A stretch of 64,000 nucleotides of DNA, taken from sequence record MK373784.1; one strand, given 5' to 3'. Each line of letters begins with the position of its first letter. Within the stretch, counting starts at the first letter, position 1. The notes under the pieces were generated by a model. It was not told the origin of the DNA, made no database searches, and saw only the letters and a program-made list of their open reading frames with translations. Below are positions 1-7,891 of this stretch, one piece after another. Position numbers and translations under genes: made by a program. This stretch comes from Escherichia phage vB_EcoM_MM02.

Positions 1-524
1 ACAAAAAATTGAGGACGAGCATTACCGCCGATGCAATATTTGCTTTTGCAACAATGTTGGACTGTTTTAATATGTACATTGTAAATCTTATCCATATCAG
101 GAGCTTTAATAGGCTCGTCAATTATATACAGAATACGAGAAAGCGTTAATCCACGGAATTTAGAACCTTCATTGCCAATAAAACTACGAACAGAATCGGT
201 AAATAAACGGAATCGAATATCGTCGCTAGAATATCGAGAAAATTCTTTTTCAATGTTGCCAGCAGAAATTTTAGCATAAGCTGAAGTATTAGAAAGAACA
301 ATAACTGTTCCGCCATCATACAGCCAATTAGCAGCAAAGTTAGTCACAGCAATTGATTTACCTGATTGTCGGCCGCCGTCTAAACGAAGTGTACAGTACT
401 GCTTGAGTACGTCTTCAAATGGTGGGACATAACCGTTCTTACAAATTTCTTCTACTCTAGCATCAGAATGGTGTGTAAAAGCATTCATCAGGGATAGATA
501 AGGTCCAGTTAAAAATGTTCTCAT
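1..524 (-). CDS. P-loop NTPase, N-terminal 174 codons; C-terminus lies beyond window start
   Basis: Own translation of minus strand from ATG at 524: MRTFLTGPYL...; Walker A LDGGRQSGKS and Walker B-like ILYIIDEP; SD AAGAGAAA upstream. Confidence 0.5.
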   Translation of the reverse strand, partial: MRTFLTGPYLSLMNAFTHHSDARVEEICKNGYVPPFEDVLKQYCTLRLDGGRQSGKSIAVTNFAANWLYDGGTVIVLSNTSAYAKISAGNIEKEFSRYSSDDIRFRLFTDSVRSFIGNEGSKFRGLTLSRILYIIDEPIKAPDMDKIYNVHIKTVQHCCKSKYCIGGNARPQFF

Positions 525-637
525 ATTATTTCTCTTAAGGTTGGGGCCATTCCGTGGCACATGAATTGTCCATTTCTGTATTTACCCCTCCAAGTAATTA
601 TGAATATACTATCACAATTCTAGGAGAAAGTAAACTG

Positions 638-940
638 TTATTTACCTTTAATTACTTTAGCTGCTTCGATAGCCGCTTGCTGAAGGTCATCCATAGACAT
701 ACCGAATTTAGAAGCAAAGTTATCAATTTTCTTTTCGACAGCATTCAAAGGCTTGGCCTGTTTACCTTCATTAGCGCCAGGAAGAGCGAGAATACGCTCT
801 TTGTCAATATAAAGGCTTACAAGTTTCTTACGGTCTTTATCGGACAAATCATGAAATGAATGAGCCTTTTTATTTATAGCGGCTTCTAATTTACCTGCAC
901 TCACTCGCGCTTCAGTAATAAATTCTTTATATGTTTTCAT
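638..940 (-). CDS. ipII: internal protein II-like, capsid-targeted
   Basis: 100 aa; N-terminus MKTYKEFITEA matches the T4 internal-protein capsid targeting sequence; same length as T4 IPII. Confidence 0.7.
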   Translation of the reverse strand: MKTYKEFITEARVSAGKLEAAINKKAHSFHDLSDKDRKKLVSLYIDKERILALPGANEGKQAKPLNAVEKKIDNFASKFGMSMDDLQQAAIEAAKVIKGK

Positions 941-971
941 TTTTTGTTTCCTTGTTTGTTTTGATAGAGTA

Positions 972-1001
972 ATTATACCATATTAATACTTAAGCGTAAA
1001 C
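972..1001 (-). promoter_or_regulatory. early-type promoter GTTTAC-N18-TGgTATAAT
   Basis: Minus strand reads GTTTACGCTTAAGTATTAATATGGTATAAT just upstream of ipII. Confidence 0.55.
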
Positions 1002-1004
1002 AAT

Positions 1005-1265
1005 TTAAGCTTTACCGCCAGAAATAATTCCGAAGTTGTTAAAATCGTATCCAATATCGTCAACATCTACTTTAGGATTTACTACAACATAAGCAATTTC
1101 ACTACGTTTTGCATAGGTGTTGATTTCTTTACCATCGCCACCTAAGAAAGAATACCCATTACGTTTTAATGAGCCAAAGTCTTCGGCATCACCAATGAAA
1201 GCTTTAACTTTAAATTTAGGACCTTTGGCATCTGCTTCAACGATAAATTCTTGATACATTTTCAT
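1005..1265 (-). CDS. internal protein-like, capsid targeting sequence
   Basis: 86 aa; N-terminus MKMYQEFIVEA; SD AGGAAAA before ATG. Confidence 0.55.
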   Translation of the reverse strand: MKMYQEFIVEADAKGPKFKVKAFIGDAEDFGSLKRNGYSFLGGDGKEINTYAKRSEIAYVVVNPKVDVDDIGYDFNNFGIISGGKA

Positions 1266-1271
1266 TTTTCC

Positions 1272-1685
1272 TTAGTAAATTGATTTACCATAGTATTTGT
1301 ACCAAGTCGGACGTTGAGCAATTTTTTCATCTAAGCGTGCTTGACTTATCGCAATGGACGCTTCGGACGGGACGTAATTATTACGAAATTCTACAGGAAT
1401 GTCGGAAATATCCTGGACAGTCGTGTCCTTGATTTTGAAACCACGTTTCAAGCATTCAGCGATTAGCTCGATTTGACGTAAACGTAAAAATTCGAGTTTG
1501 TCGTAAAAGAATGTTACGTGACCTGTGCCTAAGATAAATGTTGGAGAGATTTTAAAATCCTTTACACGTTTACCGTTTTGAACATGTTTACGGACTGCAC
1601 CAAATACGCGTGGTAATTCACGATACTCAGCCATAAGATGTTGGTCGGACAGTTCAGAAACAAGTGTTAAATTGATACGAGTCAT
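1272..1685 (-). CDS. denV: endonuclease V (pyrimidine dimer DNA glycosylase)
   Basis: [12 protein letters not shown]...[10 protein letters not shown] near-identical to T4 endoV as recalled; start set at MTRINL. Confidence 0.9.
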   Translation of the reverse strand: MTRINLTLVSELSDQHLMAEYRELPRVFGAVRKHVQNGKRVKDFKISPTFILGTGHVTFFYDKLEFLRLRQIELIAECLKRGFKIKDTTVQDISDIPVEFRNNYVPSEASIAISQARLDEKIAQRPTWYKYYGKSIY

Positions 1686-1743
1686 AATTTCCTCCAAGTA
1701 GTTGATGAATGTATAGTATCAAAACCCTTGGAGGAAGTAAACA

Positions 1744-2025
1744 CTATTTTTCTGAAGCGCCTGAAATATATTTTTCAAGACGTTGTTTCATCAGCGAGCC
1801 GTTCTTAGCGATTTCTTCTGGTTTATCGCACATACGCAACAAGGCTTCAAGCTTAGCGATATCGCTGGTACGTTCAAATTTGCGAGTATCTATCTTACTA
1901 GCAAGTTCAGAAATACGTGCTAATAGACTTTCAGCTTCAACCAAAGCTGCACCTAGCTTAGTTGCAAATGTGTCAGTAGCTTCGTTAAGAATAGATTCTG
2001 ATAAAAATTCACTATATGTTTTCAT
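1744..2025 (-). CDS. internal protein-like, capsid targeting sequence
   Basis: Start set at [10 protein letters not shown] (CTS motif); 93 aa; lies where T4 has ipIII but is shorter. Confidence 0.55.
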   Translation of the reverse strand: MKTYSEFLSESILNEATDTFATKLGAALVEAESLLARISELASKIDTRKFERTSDIAKLEALLRMCDKPEEIAKNGSLMKQRLEKYISGASEK

Positions 2026-2510
2026 ATATACGCTTTCCAAGTTCCTGTTTTAAATGTTGAGATTACGCGTTTCGCGCGATTAGGTGTCTGACGATACCAT
2101 TTAGATTGGGCTAGATTTACTGCCGCTTCATCCCAACGTTTCTGTTGAAGCATACGAAGAGAATTAGTAAAACCGGCGACGCCTGATACACCCATTTGGA
2201 AGACCATATTGACCAATGCACACCGACGAACCGCATCTAAAGAATCATATACCGGTTTAAGTTTAGCATTACCCAAGATTCCGCGAACGGCTTTATCAAC
2301 GTCTTCATTAAATAGCTTTTCAGCCTCATCAAGGGTAATTGTACCGTTGCATTTACGTCCGATCATTCTGTCAAGTTCAGCTTTAGCTACGGCTAAAGAC
2401 GGGGTCTTTGTTACTAAATGGCCTATGCCAATAGTCCAAAAGCCTTCGGTGTCTTTGTATAAAGTCAGTCTAAGACCTTCGTCATTACGAAGCATTTCAA
2501 ATATATTCAT
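2022..2510 (-). CDS. e: lysozyme (endolysin)
   Basis: [15 protein letters not shown]...TGTWKAYI closely matches T4 lysozyme; start set at MNIFEM. Confidence 0.95.
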   Translation of the reverse strand: MNIFEMLRNDEGLRLTLYKDTEGFWTIGIGHLVTKTPSLAVAKAELDRMIGRKCNGTITLDEAEKLFNEDVDKAVRGILGNAKLKPVYDSLDAVRRCALVNMVFQMGVSGVAGFTNSLRMLQQKRWDEAAVNLAQSKWYRQTPNRAKRVISTFKTGTWKAYI

Positions 2511-2538
2511 AATACCTCCCACGTTTATAGGAGGTATT
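2511..2538 (-). promoter_or_regulatory. RBS-sequestering hairpin with late-promoter-like loop upstream of e
   Basis: Perfect 9-bp inverted repeat AATACCTCC / GGAGGTATT; SD GGAGG sits in the 3' arm directly before ATG; loop has TATAAAC. Confidence 0.5.
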
Positions 2539-2544
2539 TATTAC

Positions 2545-3003
2545 TTATAGGAGTGTAGTGAGCACCTTATATAATGATTTGCCCATTACATATTCCCATT
2601 GAGAAGGTTTAATTAAAGCGAATGCATCAAATTCAGGAATCTGTCGTCCGTCCGGGAATGCATGATAGGAATTACAAACACTGTTTCTGAATTGCTCGTG
2701 CTCTACAGGGATGGTATATAGGAACAGATGAATATTCTTATTGTCTGAGTAATGATGTTCACCTAGGTCTTTCAGGAAGGCAGGGTCATATTGTGTAAAC
2801 CCAGTTTCTTCTTCGCATTCACGAATAGCGGCTTCAATAGGAGATTCGCCAGGTTCGACACGGCCTTTAGGAATATCCCACCGATGAGCTAATGCACCTT
2901 TAGGACGAGAACCAGTTACACGGCCCATGAATAACTCTTTATCTTTTGACATGAAGATAATACCGGCTGATAGCTCTTTCACTTTATTTTTCTTACTCAT
3001 CAT
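2545..3003 (-). CDS. nudE: Nudix hydrolase
   Basis: 152 aa; Nudix box GRVEPGESPIEAAIRECEEETG; position next to e as in T4 (e.1). Confidence 0.8.
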   Translation of the reverse strand: MMSKKNKVKELSAGIIFMSKDKELFMGRVTGSRPKGALAHRWDIPKGRVEPGESPIEAAIRECEEETGFTQYDPAFLKDLGEHHYSDNKNIHLFLYTIPVEHEQFRNSVCNSYHAFPDGRQIPEFDAFALIKPSQWEYVMGKSLYKVLTTLL

Positions 3004-3229
3004 CTCGGTCCCATGATTTGGCCATTAATTCGGACATAAATTCTTCAATACGCGTTTCTTTAGATGGACTTTCACTATTAGAGACCGCAAGTTTGTAATC
3101 TGCAATAGGACAGAACATATCAAGGTCCATATTAAAATCGTCTTTGATTTTTTCTTCTGACACATCTTTATCGTATGTGTACAGATAACTATCACATGAT
3201 TCTGATTTAATGTAAATTGCTATACTCAT
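2993..3229 (-). CDS. hypothetical protein
   Basis: ORF; start chosen at MSIAIYIK with SD AGGAA. Confidence 0.4.
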   Translation of the reverse strand: MSIAIYIKSESCDSYLYTYDKDVSEEKIKDDFNMDLDMFCPIADYKLAVSNSESPSKETRIEEFMSELMAKSWDRDDE

Positions 3230-3717
3230 CTCAAATTCCTGCATTCGGTAATAAAACGTTCAACTTCATTATTCTTGGCCTTTATCTTGTCTTTACGTTC
3301 CTGTAAACTACTTTTAACAAGATTAATAATGATGCCTACAGTACCGCCGCCAATGATGCCACCAACAACACTTATGATAATAGATGCTAATAAGATAGCA
3401 ATAATATCAACAAAACCGAAAGAACTCACCTTAGTACTAAAAAACCATACCGACGGTACAAATATAATCCATCCTGTTATCCATTGGCACTTATTGAAAA
3501 ACTTTTCAAGCTCAGCTTGAGTTGTTCGTATTACTTCATCGATAGGTTGATATCCATTAATGTATCTGTTCACGATAATACCTGCTGGCTGGTCGATTTT
3601 AAATTCTTGGCAAATATGTTTCACTAAGTAGGATGGACATCCTGTCCAATCTACTGAATAGTATGAAATACCTTCGTTGCCATCGTCTATATTAGACCAA
3701 TATGTTTTGTTAATCAT
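3226..3717 (-). CDS. membrane protein, C-terminal FITECR motif
   Basis: 163 aa; Gly-rich TM segments (VVGGIIGGGTVGIIINL); C-terminal ...ERFITECRNLR. Confidence 0.5.
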   Translation of the reverse strand: MINKTYWSNIDDGNEGISYYSVDWTGCPSYLVKHICQEFKIDQPAGIIVNRYINGYQPIDEVIRTTQAELEKFFNKCQWITGWIIFVPSVWFFSTKVSSFGFVDIIAILLASIIISVVGGIIGGGTVGIIINLVKSSLQERKDKIKAKNNEVERFITECRNLR

Positions 3718-4403
3718 TACCAGCCTTCCATAGGGAATTCCAGATAAACTTGAGCATTGACACGAATTTCATTGGTAATCTTTTTAACTCGGTCTGTATT
3801 ACGAGATACACGTCCGAACCAACGCCATCCGTTACTAATTGCACGAGAACCAGTGTGCCATGTTTGCCAATCAAACTGAAGAAGAGTACGATCTGGAGCT
3901 TCCCATTTCTCTAGTTCACCTTTTTCAATTTTTTCGAGGACTTCTTTGTGCCACTGGCGATAGATAAGTTCGCCATCAGGAATCTGACTGAACTCTGCAG
4001 TTCCTGTTGCAAAATGAGTAGGACACACGTCAGCGTTAACAAGACCAAGAATATGTTCAGAATGGTAACGAGGGTTGTCATAGTCAGGTTGTCCTGCAGT
4101 AATAAAGTGTTGACCAACTGGAATATCAGGGCGAGGAACATCGTCATGGTGGTATCCAGGAATAGCAGGATACCAACCAGGCATCAGCATATGAACCCGA
4201 GAATCAAATACAACATGTTGATTAGTCCAATCAATTGGGAGATTGGCAATAAAGCTACGAGTGATTGAGCCACCATTATCCCAAGCAAAACCCAAATCAC
4301 AATTAAAGAACATTGGTTCATTTTTGATTCGGTCATTTTGTACGTTATGTGCAAAACTACCAACTGCACGAGCTTGACTATTAAAAGTTTTAGAACTATT
4401 CAT
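3717..4403 (-). CDS. hypothetical protein
   Basis: 228 aa ORF with SD GAGGAAAA; His/Asp-rich stretch HHDDVPRPD; function not assigned. Confidence 0.5.
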   Translation of the reverse strand: MNSSKTFNSQARAVGSFAHNVQNDRIKNEPMFFNCDLGFAWDNGGSITRSFIANLPIDWTNQHVVFDSRVHMLMPGWYPAIPGYHHDDVPRPDIPVGQHFITAGQPDYDNPRYHSEHILGLVNADVCPTHFATGTAEFSQIPDGELIYRQWHKEVLEKIEKGELEKWEAPDRTLLQFDWQTWHTGSRAISNGWRWFGRVSRNTDRVKKITNEIRVNAQVYLEFPMEGW

Positions 4404-4404
4404 A

Positions 4405-4710
4405 TTATTTTCCTCGACATTCTTTAATGAAATTTTCTAGATTGGTAGATTCAATAGCTTTTTTACGAGCTTCTGCATGTTCTTCTTCAGACAATTTACA
4501 TTTATAATTAACCCAGACATTATGGTCGAAACTAGTCGTGGCATATAATAACAATGCTCCAACGAATAGCAAAAACGGCGATAAGAATACAAAACCAGGA
4601 ACACCATCCATACTGTAAGCCTTTTGTAATACTGCAACAGAAAGAGCTGCGTAAAAAAGTGATACAAATATTGTTAAAAGACCAATTCGGTTGGTTTCGC
4701 CTAATTTCAT
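4405..4710 (-). CDS. small membrane protein, C-terminal FIKECR motif
   Basis: 101 aa; two hydrophobic segments; C-terminal ...LENFIKECRGK. Confidence 0.5.
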   Translation of the reverse strand: MKLGETNRIGLLTIFVSLFYAALSVAVLQKAYSMDGVPGFVFLSPFLLFVGALLLYATTSFDHNVWVNYKCKLSEEEHAEARKKAIESTNLENFIKECRGK

Positions 4711-4768
4711 AATATTCTCCTCATGTTTTAATAGGACTACTATAACATAGTCCTATCAGTTTGTACAC

Positions 4769-4969
4769 TTATTTTGACATTTCTTCGATGTCACGACGAT
4801 ACCCATCACGAACTTCACGAAGAGCTTCAAGGCCACACATAGGCTCGATACCAGTAATGTGAACTTGATTAATCTGATACTCTACATCTTCTAACTGAGC
4901 GAAAACATAACGACGTTCTGCTGCACAACCAGGTTTAGCTTTACCGAAACGTTTATTCAAAGTAGTCAT
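4769..4969 (-). CDS. hypothetical protein
   Basis: Start chosen at MTTLNKRFGK with SD GGAGAT; early-type promoter upstream. Confidence 0.4.
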   Translation of the reverse strand: MTTLNKRFGKAKPGCAAERRYVFAQLEDVEYQINQVHITGIEPMCGLEALREVRDGYRRDIEEMSK

Positions 4970-5007
4970 TTTTATATCTCCATTCACTCATTTGTTTTGA
5001 TAGGTCT

Positions 5008-5037
5008 ATAGTATCAACAACTACAGACCTTGTAAAC
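5008..5037 (-). promoter_or_regulatory. early-type promoter GTTTAC-N18-TACTAT
   Basis: Minus strand GTTTACAAGGTCTGTAGTTGTTGATACTAT; near-palindrome AGGTCTATAGT/ACTACAGACCT overlaps the -10. Confidence 0.45.
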
Positions 5038-5049
5038 TGTTTTGCGAAA

Positions 5050-6006
5050 TTATTTGAAAGGTTTTACCATATGGAAATTTTGTTTGAAACGTTTGACGTA
5101 ATCGTCGTGTCCTAAGCTTTGGTACATACTTACTACTTTGCTATAATTTTCCCAAGCGAACTCACGGAACCATCCTGATGTGATTGATGTACAGACCTTT
5201 TCAAGGGCCATCATAAAACTATCACGTGGATGGATTTTAAAGTCGTTAGGAATCTGTGAACGTTCAAGAGCTAATACACAAGCTTCTTCATATACACCGG
5301 CTAATTTAACCATTTCTGGGAATGATTCGAACTTCTCGCGCGATGTCATAACTTCTGAGCCTTCTTTCATATAAAACTTATAAGCAGGCTGGTCAGTTAG
5401 TGCAATGGCTTCATGGATAGTATCATGGTCATACGTATAGATGTCATCTTTAAAGAACGCACTTTTAGAAGTGTCAAGAACTGGGTGAGCATAATTCAAG
5501 GTTTCTTTCTGGCGTTTCAGCATAATTTCAGTAAGTTCATCGTTCAGTGTAACACCTTTACCACGAAGATACTGAATATGGTTCATAGTCTTTAAAAAGA
5601 ATGGATTATTTTTCTTGAAACGATGAGACATCTTAATTGCAAGACATATCTCAGGAGTTGCCCAGTAAAACCCGTTCAAACGGTCTTTAGTCAAATTTTT
5701 CTTGGCGTATTTTAAAAGGTCATAAGAAGACGTGAAATCTTCAGGAGTGAGTTCACCGACTAGTTCGCGAACGTTAGTGATAGCCGGAACGATGTATGCT
5801 TCAAAATGAGTTTCGCGTCCATTATGGAAGCATTTGAAAACTTGGACATCAGGGTTATCTTGGTGAACATATACACCCATCATTTGATTTTTGAATGCAT
5901 TCCAAGAACCTTGGTCCGCAATAAAGTCCCAATCACTATTTTTAATAGCGCTAGAATCAATAAGACCGTGATAGTGAAGTGCACGAGAACCAATAACTAA
6001 CATCAT
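5050..6006 (-). CDS. hypothetical protein, possible pol-beta-type nucleotidyltransferase fold
   Basis: 318 aa; N-terminal IGSRALHYHG...(17 aa)...DWDF resembles the GS...DxD nucleotidyltransferase signature; weak. Confidence 0.45.
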   Translation of the reverse strand: MMLVIGSRALHYHGLIDSSAIKNSDWDFIADQGSWNAFKNQMMGVYVHQDNPDVQVFKCFHNGRETHFEAYIVPAITNVRELVGELTPEDFTSSYDLLKYAKKNLTKDRLNGFYWATPEICLAIKMSHRFKKNNPFFLKTMNHIQYLRGKGVTLNDELTEIMLKRQKETLNYAHPVLDTSKSAFFKDDIYTYDHDTIHEAIALTDQPAYKFYMKEGSEVMTSREKFESFPEMVKLAGVYEEACVLALERSQIPNDFKIHPRDSFMMALEKVCTSITSGWFREFAWENYSKVVSMYQSLGHDDYVKRFKQNFHMVKPFK

Positions 6007-6034
6007 AATATTTTCCTCGGATTAATTCATTAAC

Positions 6035-6286
6035 TTAAATTTCACGACATGCGATATTATATTCATCCCAGAGGTCATCATGTGAAGCCTCTACCAATGG
6101 AACGATTGTACCGTTTATGTCTTCATTATAAGGGCAAATTGTACAGTGCGCATCTTCGAATCGGATGCCTTTGTGTTCAGATTTTTTATAACGCATATCG
6201 AATATCTTTGCAAACTTTTCACGAGTAATGGTTTTACCAACCACTTTGGTTCCTATACTTTCGTAATAAATCATTGTGGACTCCAT
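6035..6286 (-). CDS. hypothetical protein
   Basis: 83 aa ORF; HCTICPYNED Cys/His pair; C-terminus ...NIACREI. Confidence 0.4.
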   Translation of the reverse strand: MESTMIYYESIGTKVVGKTITREKFAKIFDMRYKKSEHKGIRFEDAHCTICPYNEDINGTIVPLVEASHDDLWDEYNIACREI

Positions 6287-6302
6287 TTGTTTTGATAGGA
6301 CT

Positions 6303-6332
6303 ACTATAACATAGCCCTATCTTGTTGTAAAC
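6303..6332 (-). promoter_or_regulatory. early-type promoter GTTTAC-N18-TGtTATAGT
   Basis: Minus strand GTTTACAACAAGATAGGGCTATGTTATAGT; imperfect palindrome ATAGGACTA-N8-TAGCCCTAT overlaps the -10. Confidence 0.45.
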
Positions 6333-6336
6333 TGTT

Positions 6337-6534
6337 TTAGCAAGAATAACTAGATGATACCCAGCCTTGAACAGTGATACTATTGTGGGATAATGAGATC
6401 GCGTCCTGGAGATTCAGACCTGCGTTATCTTCAATCCATAATGTAACTTCTTCGCGTTCTTCTGTTGCAATTTGGAACAGGTTTTCCAGAGCAGCTACTG
6501 CCGTACGTACAGCACAATCTAATTCACGAGACAT
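6337..6534 (-). CDS. small protein, GWVxSSxxC C-terminal family
   Basis: 65 aa; C-terminus ...QGWVSSSYSC-stop. Confidence 0.45.
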   Translation of the reverse strand: MSRELDCAVRTAVAALENLFQIATEEREEVTLWIEDNAGLNLQDAISLSHNSITVQGWVSSSYSC

Positions 6535-6543
6535 ATTGTTTCC

Positions 6544-6816
6544 TTAGCAAGTGTGAGAAGATGCGACCCAACCACCGGTTTCGAGGCTCAGGTTGTAGTC
6601 GTATTGGTAAACGTCAGCCCATTCAGCATAGCCGTTTTTTGTACAACGTTCAAGATCGGCTTTAAGATGTCCGGGTGAATGATAGGTTCCACCCATACCA
6701 TAAGCTGGGTACAAGTTGAACGTTGTGTTTTGTTTATCAGCAATTTCTTTGGCAGCCTCAATAGCTGCATAGATTTTTGCTACAGCTTCAGCCAGTTCGG
6801 TTTGTTCTTTAGACAT
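6544..6816 (-). CDS. small protein, GWVxSSxxC C-terminal family
   Basis: 90 aa; N-terminal helix similar to next gene; C-terminus ...GGWVASSHTC-stop. Confidence 0.5.
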   Translation of the reverse strand: MSKEQTELAEAVAKIYAAIEAAKEIADKQNTTFNLYPAYGMGGTYHSPGHLKADLERCTKNGYAEWADVYQYDYNLSLETGGWVASSHTC

Positions 6817-6825
6817 AATGATTCC

Positions 6826-7131
6826 TTAGCACAACGCAGAAGACGAAACCCAAGCACCTTCAGTAATAACGTAACCATTACCTTCACGCTTAACATCGCC
6901 ACCATTATTTTCAATTTCATCTTTCATCCACTGGGATACGATTTCACCCTTAGGATAATAAGTACGACCGCTACCATAATCACCTACAGAAAATGATACG
7001 GCATATTGGTCTGCGATCTTTGTTGCTTCTTCTTCGATACGTTCAGCTTGATTCAGAAGTTTATAAATTGCATCTGAAGCGGATTTGGCATCATTAAACT
7101 CTGGTACTTTAATTTCAATAATCTTACTCAT
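6826..7131 (-). CDS. small protein, GWVxSSxxC C-terminal family
   Basis: 101 aa; C-terminus ...GAWVSSSALC-stop; stop overlaps SD of next gene. Confidence 0.5.
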   Translation of the reverse strand: MSKIIEIKVPEFNDAKSASDAIYKLLNQAERIEEEATKIADQYAVSFSVGDYGSGRTYYPKGEIVSQWMKDEIENNGGDVKREGNGYVITEGAWVSSSALC

Positions 7132-7487
7132 TTTCTACATTCCTTAATAAAGTTTTCGATTGTTTCATTTTCACGTCTAGCTAGGAGTTCATTATAACTA
7201 ATCATTTGAGAAGCGTAAACCTTTTTATTTTTCTTGTTGTGGTTTATAAAATCGTAGTAAAAATAGACTATAGTACAAAATGATGCGATGGATGCAAAGG
7301 CTTGGGTATACCGTAAGTCCTGCCATTGGTCTGTGAATCCACCAGTGTTCCCTATAAATCCTAACACAACGCCGTCAATAAGAAATCCAACTAATCCAAA
7401 GGCAAATCCCATGCCAATACTCATAATAAAAATTAGAATGTTCTCACCAAGAGAAGGCCATACGGTTAAGAGTTGAGGCTTTTGCAT
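7128..7487 (-). CDS. membrane protein, C-terminal FIKECR motif
   Basis: 119 aa; hydrophobic segments; C-terminal ...ENFIKECRK. Confidence 0.5.
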   Translation of the reverse strand: MQKPQLLTVWPSLGENILIFIMSIGMGFAFGLVGFLIDGVVLGFIGNTGGFTDQWQDLRYTQAFASIASFCTIVYFYYDFINHNKKNKKVYASQMISYNELLARRENETIENFIKECRK

Positions 7488-7891
7488 CTTATTTCCTTAA
7501 CGAATTCCATAGCTTCTTCATATTCATACTTTTTAACAGCTTCATCATACTGAGCTTGGGCTTTTGCGCACTGAACTCTCCATTCTCTTAATCGGGCTCT
7601 GTGATGACGGCCTTGGTGCCAATATCCTACCCAATTAATAGGCATTAATAAAAACGGTACAATAAGTGGTGCGACGAACATTAATGAAAATGCTGCATCA
7701 GACGATATAACTTCACTAGAATCTAAAACAGCTCCTATAATCATAAAGATTAAAAATGCTAAAGCTAAAATAGGGCCAAATAGTACTTCATTTGGGATTA
7801 ATTTACGCTTGTATTCATACGCCCAGGGCTTACTTGGCATGTATAGGGTTGGCTTTGACATATTCTCTACATTCCATAATAAATTGCTCAA
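7466..7891 (-). CDS. membrane protein
   Basis: 141 aa ORF (start uncertain, overlaps upstream gene); two hydrophobic segments; C-terminal ...EFVKEIRCKSLNS. Confidence 0.45.
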   Translation of the reverse strand: MSNLLWNVENMSKPTLYMPSKPWAYEYKRKLIPNEVLFGPILALAFLIFMIIGAVLDSSEVISSDAAFSLMFVAPLIVPFLLMPINWVGYWHQGRHHRARLREWRVQCAKAQAQYDEAVKKYEYEEAMEFVKEIRCKSLNS

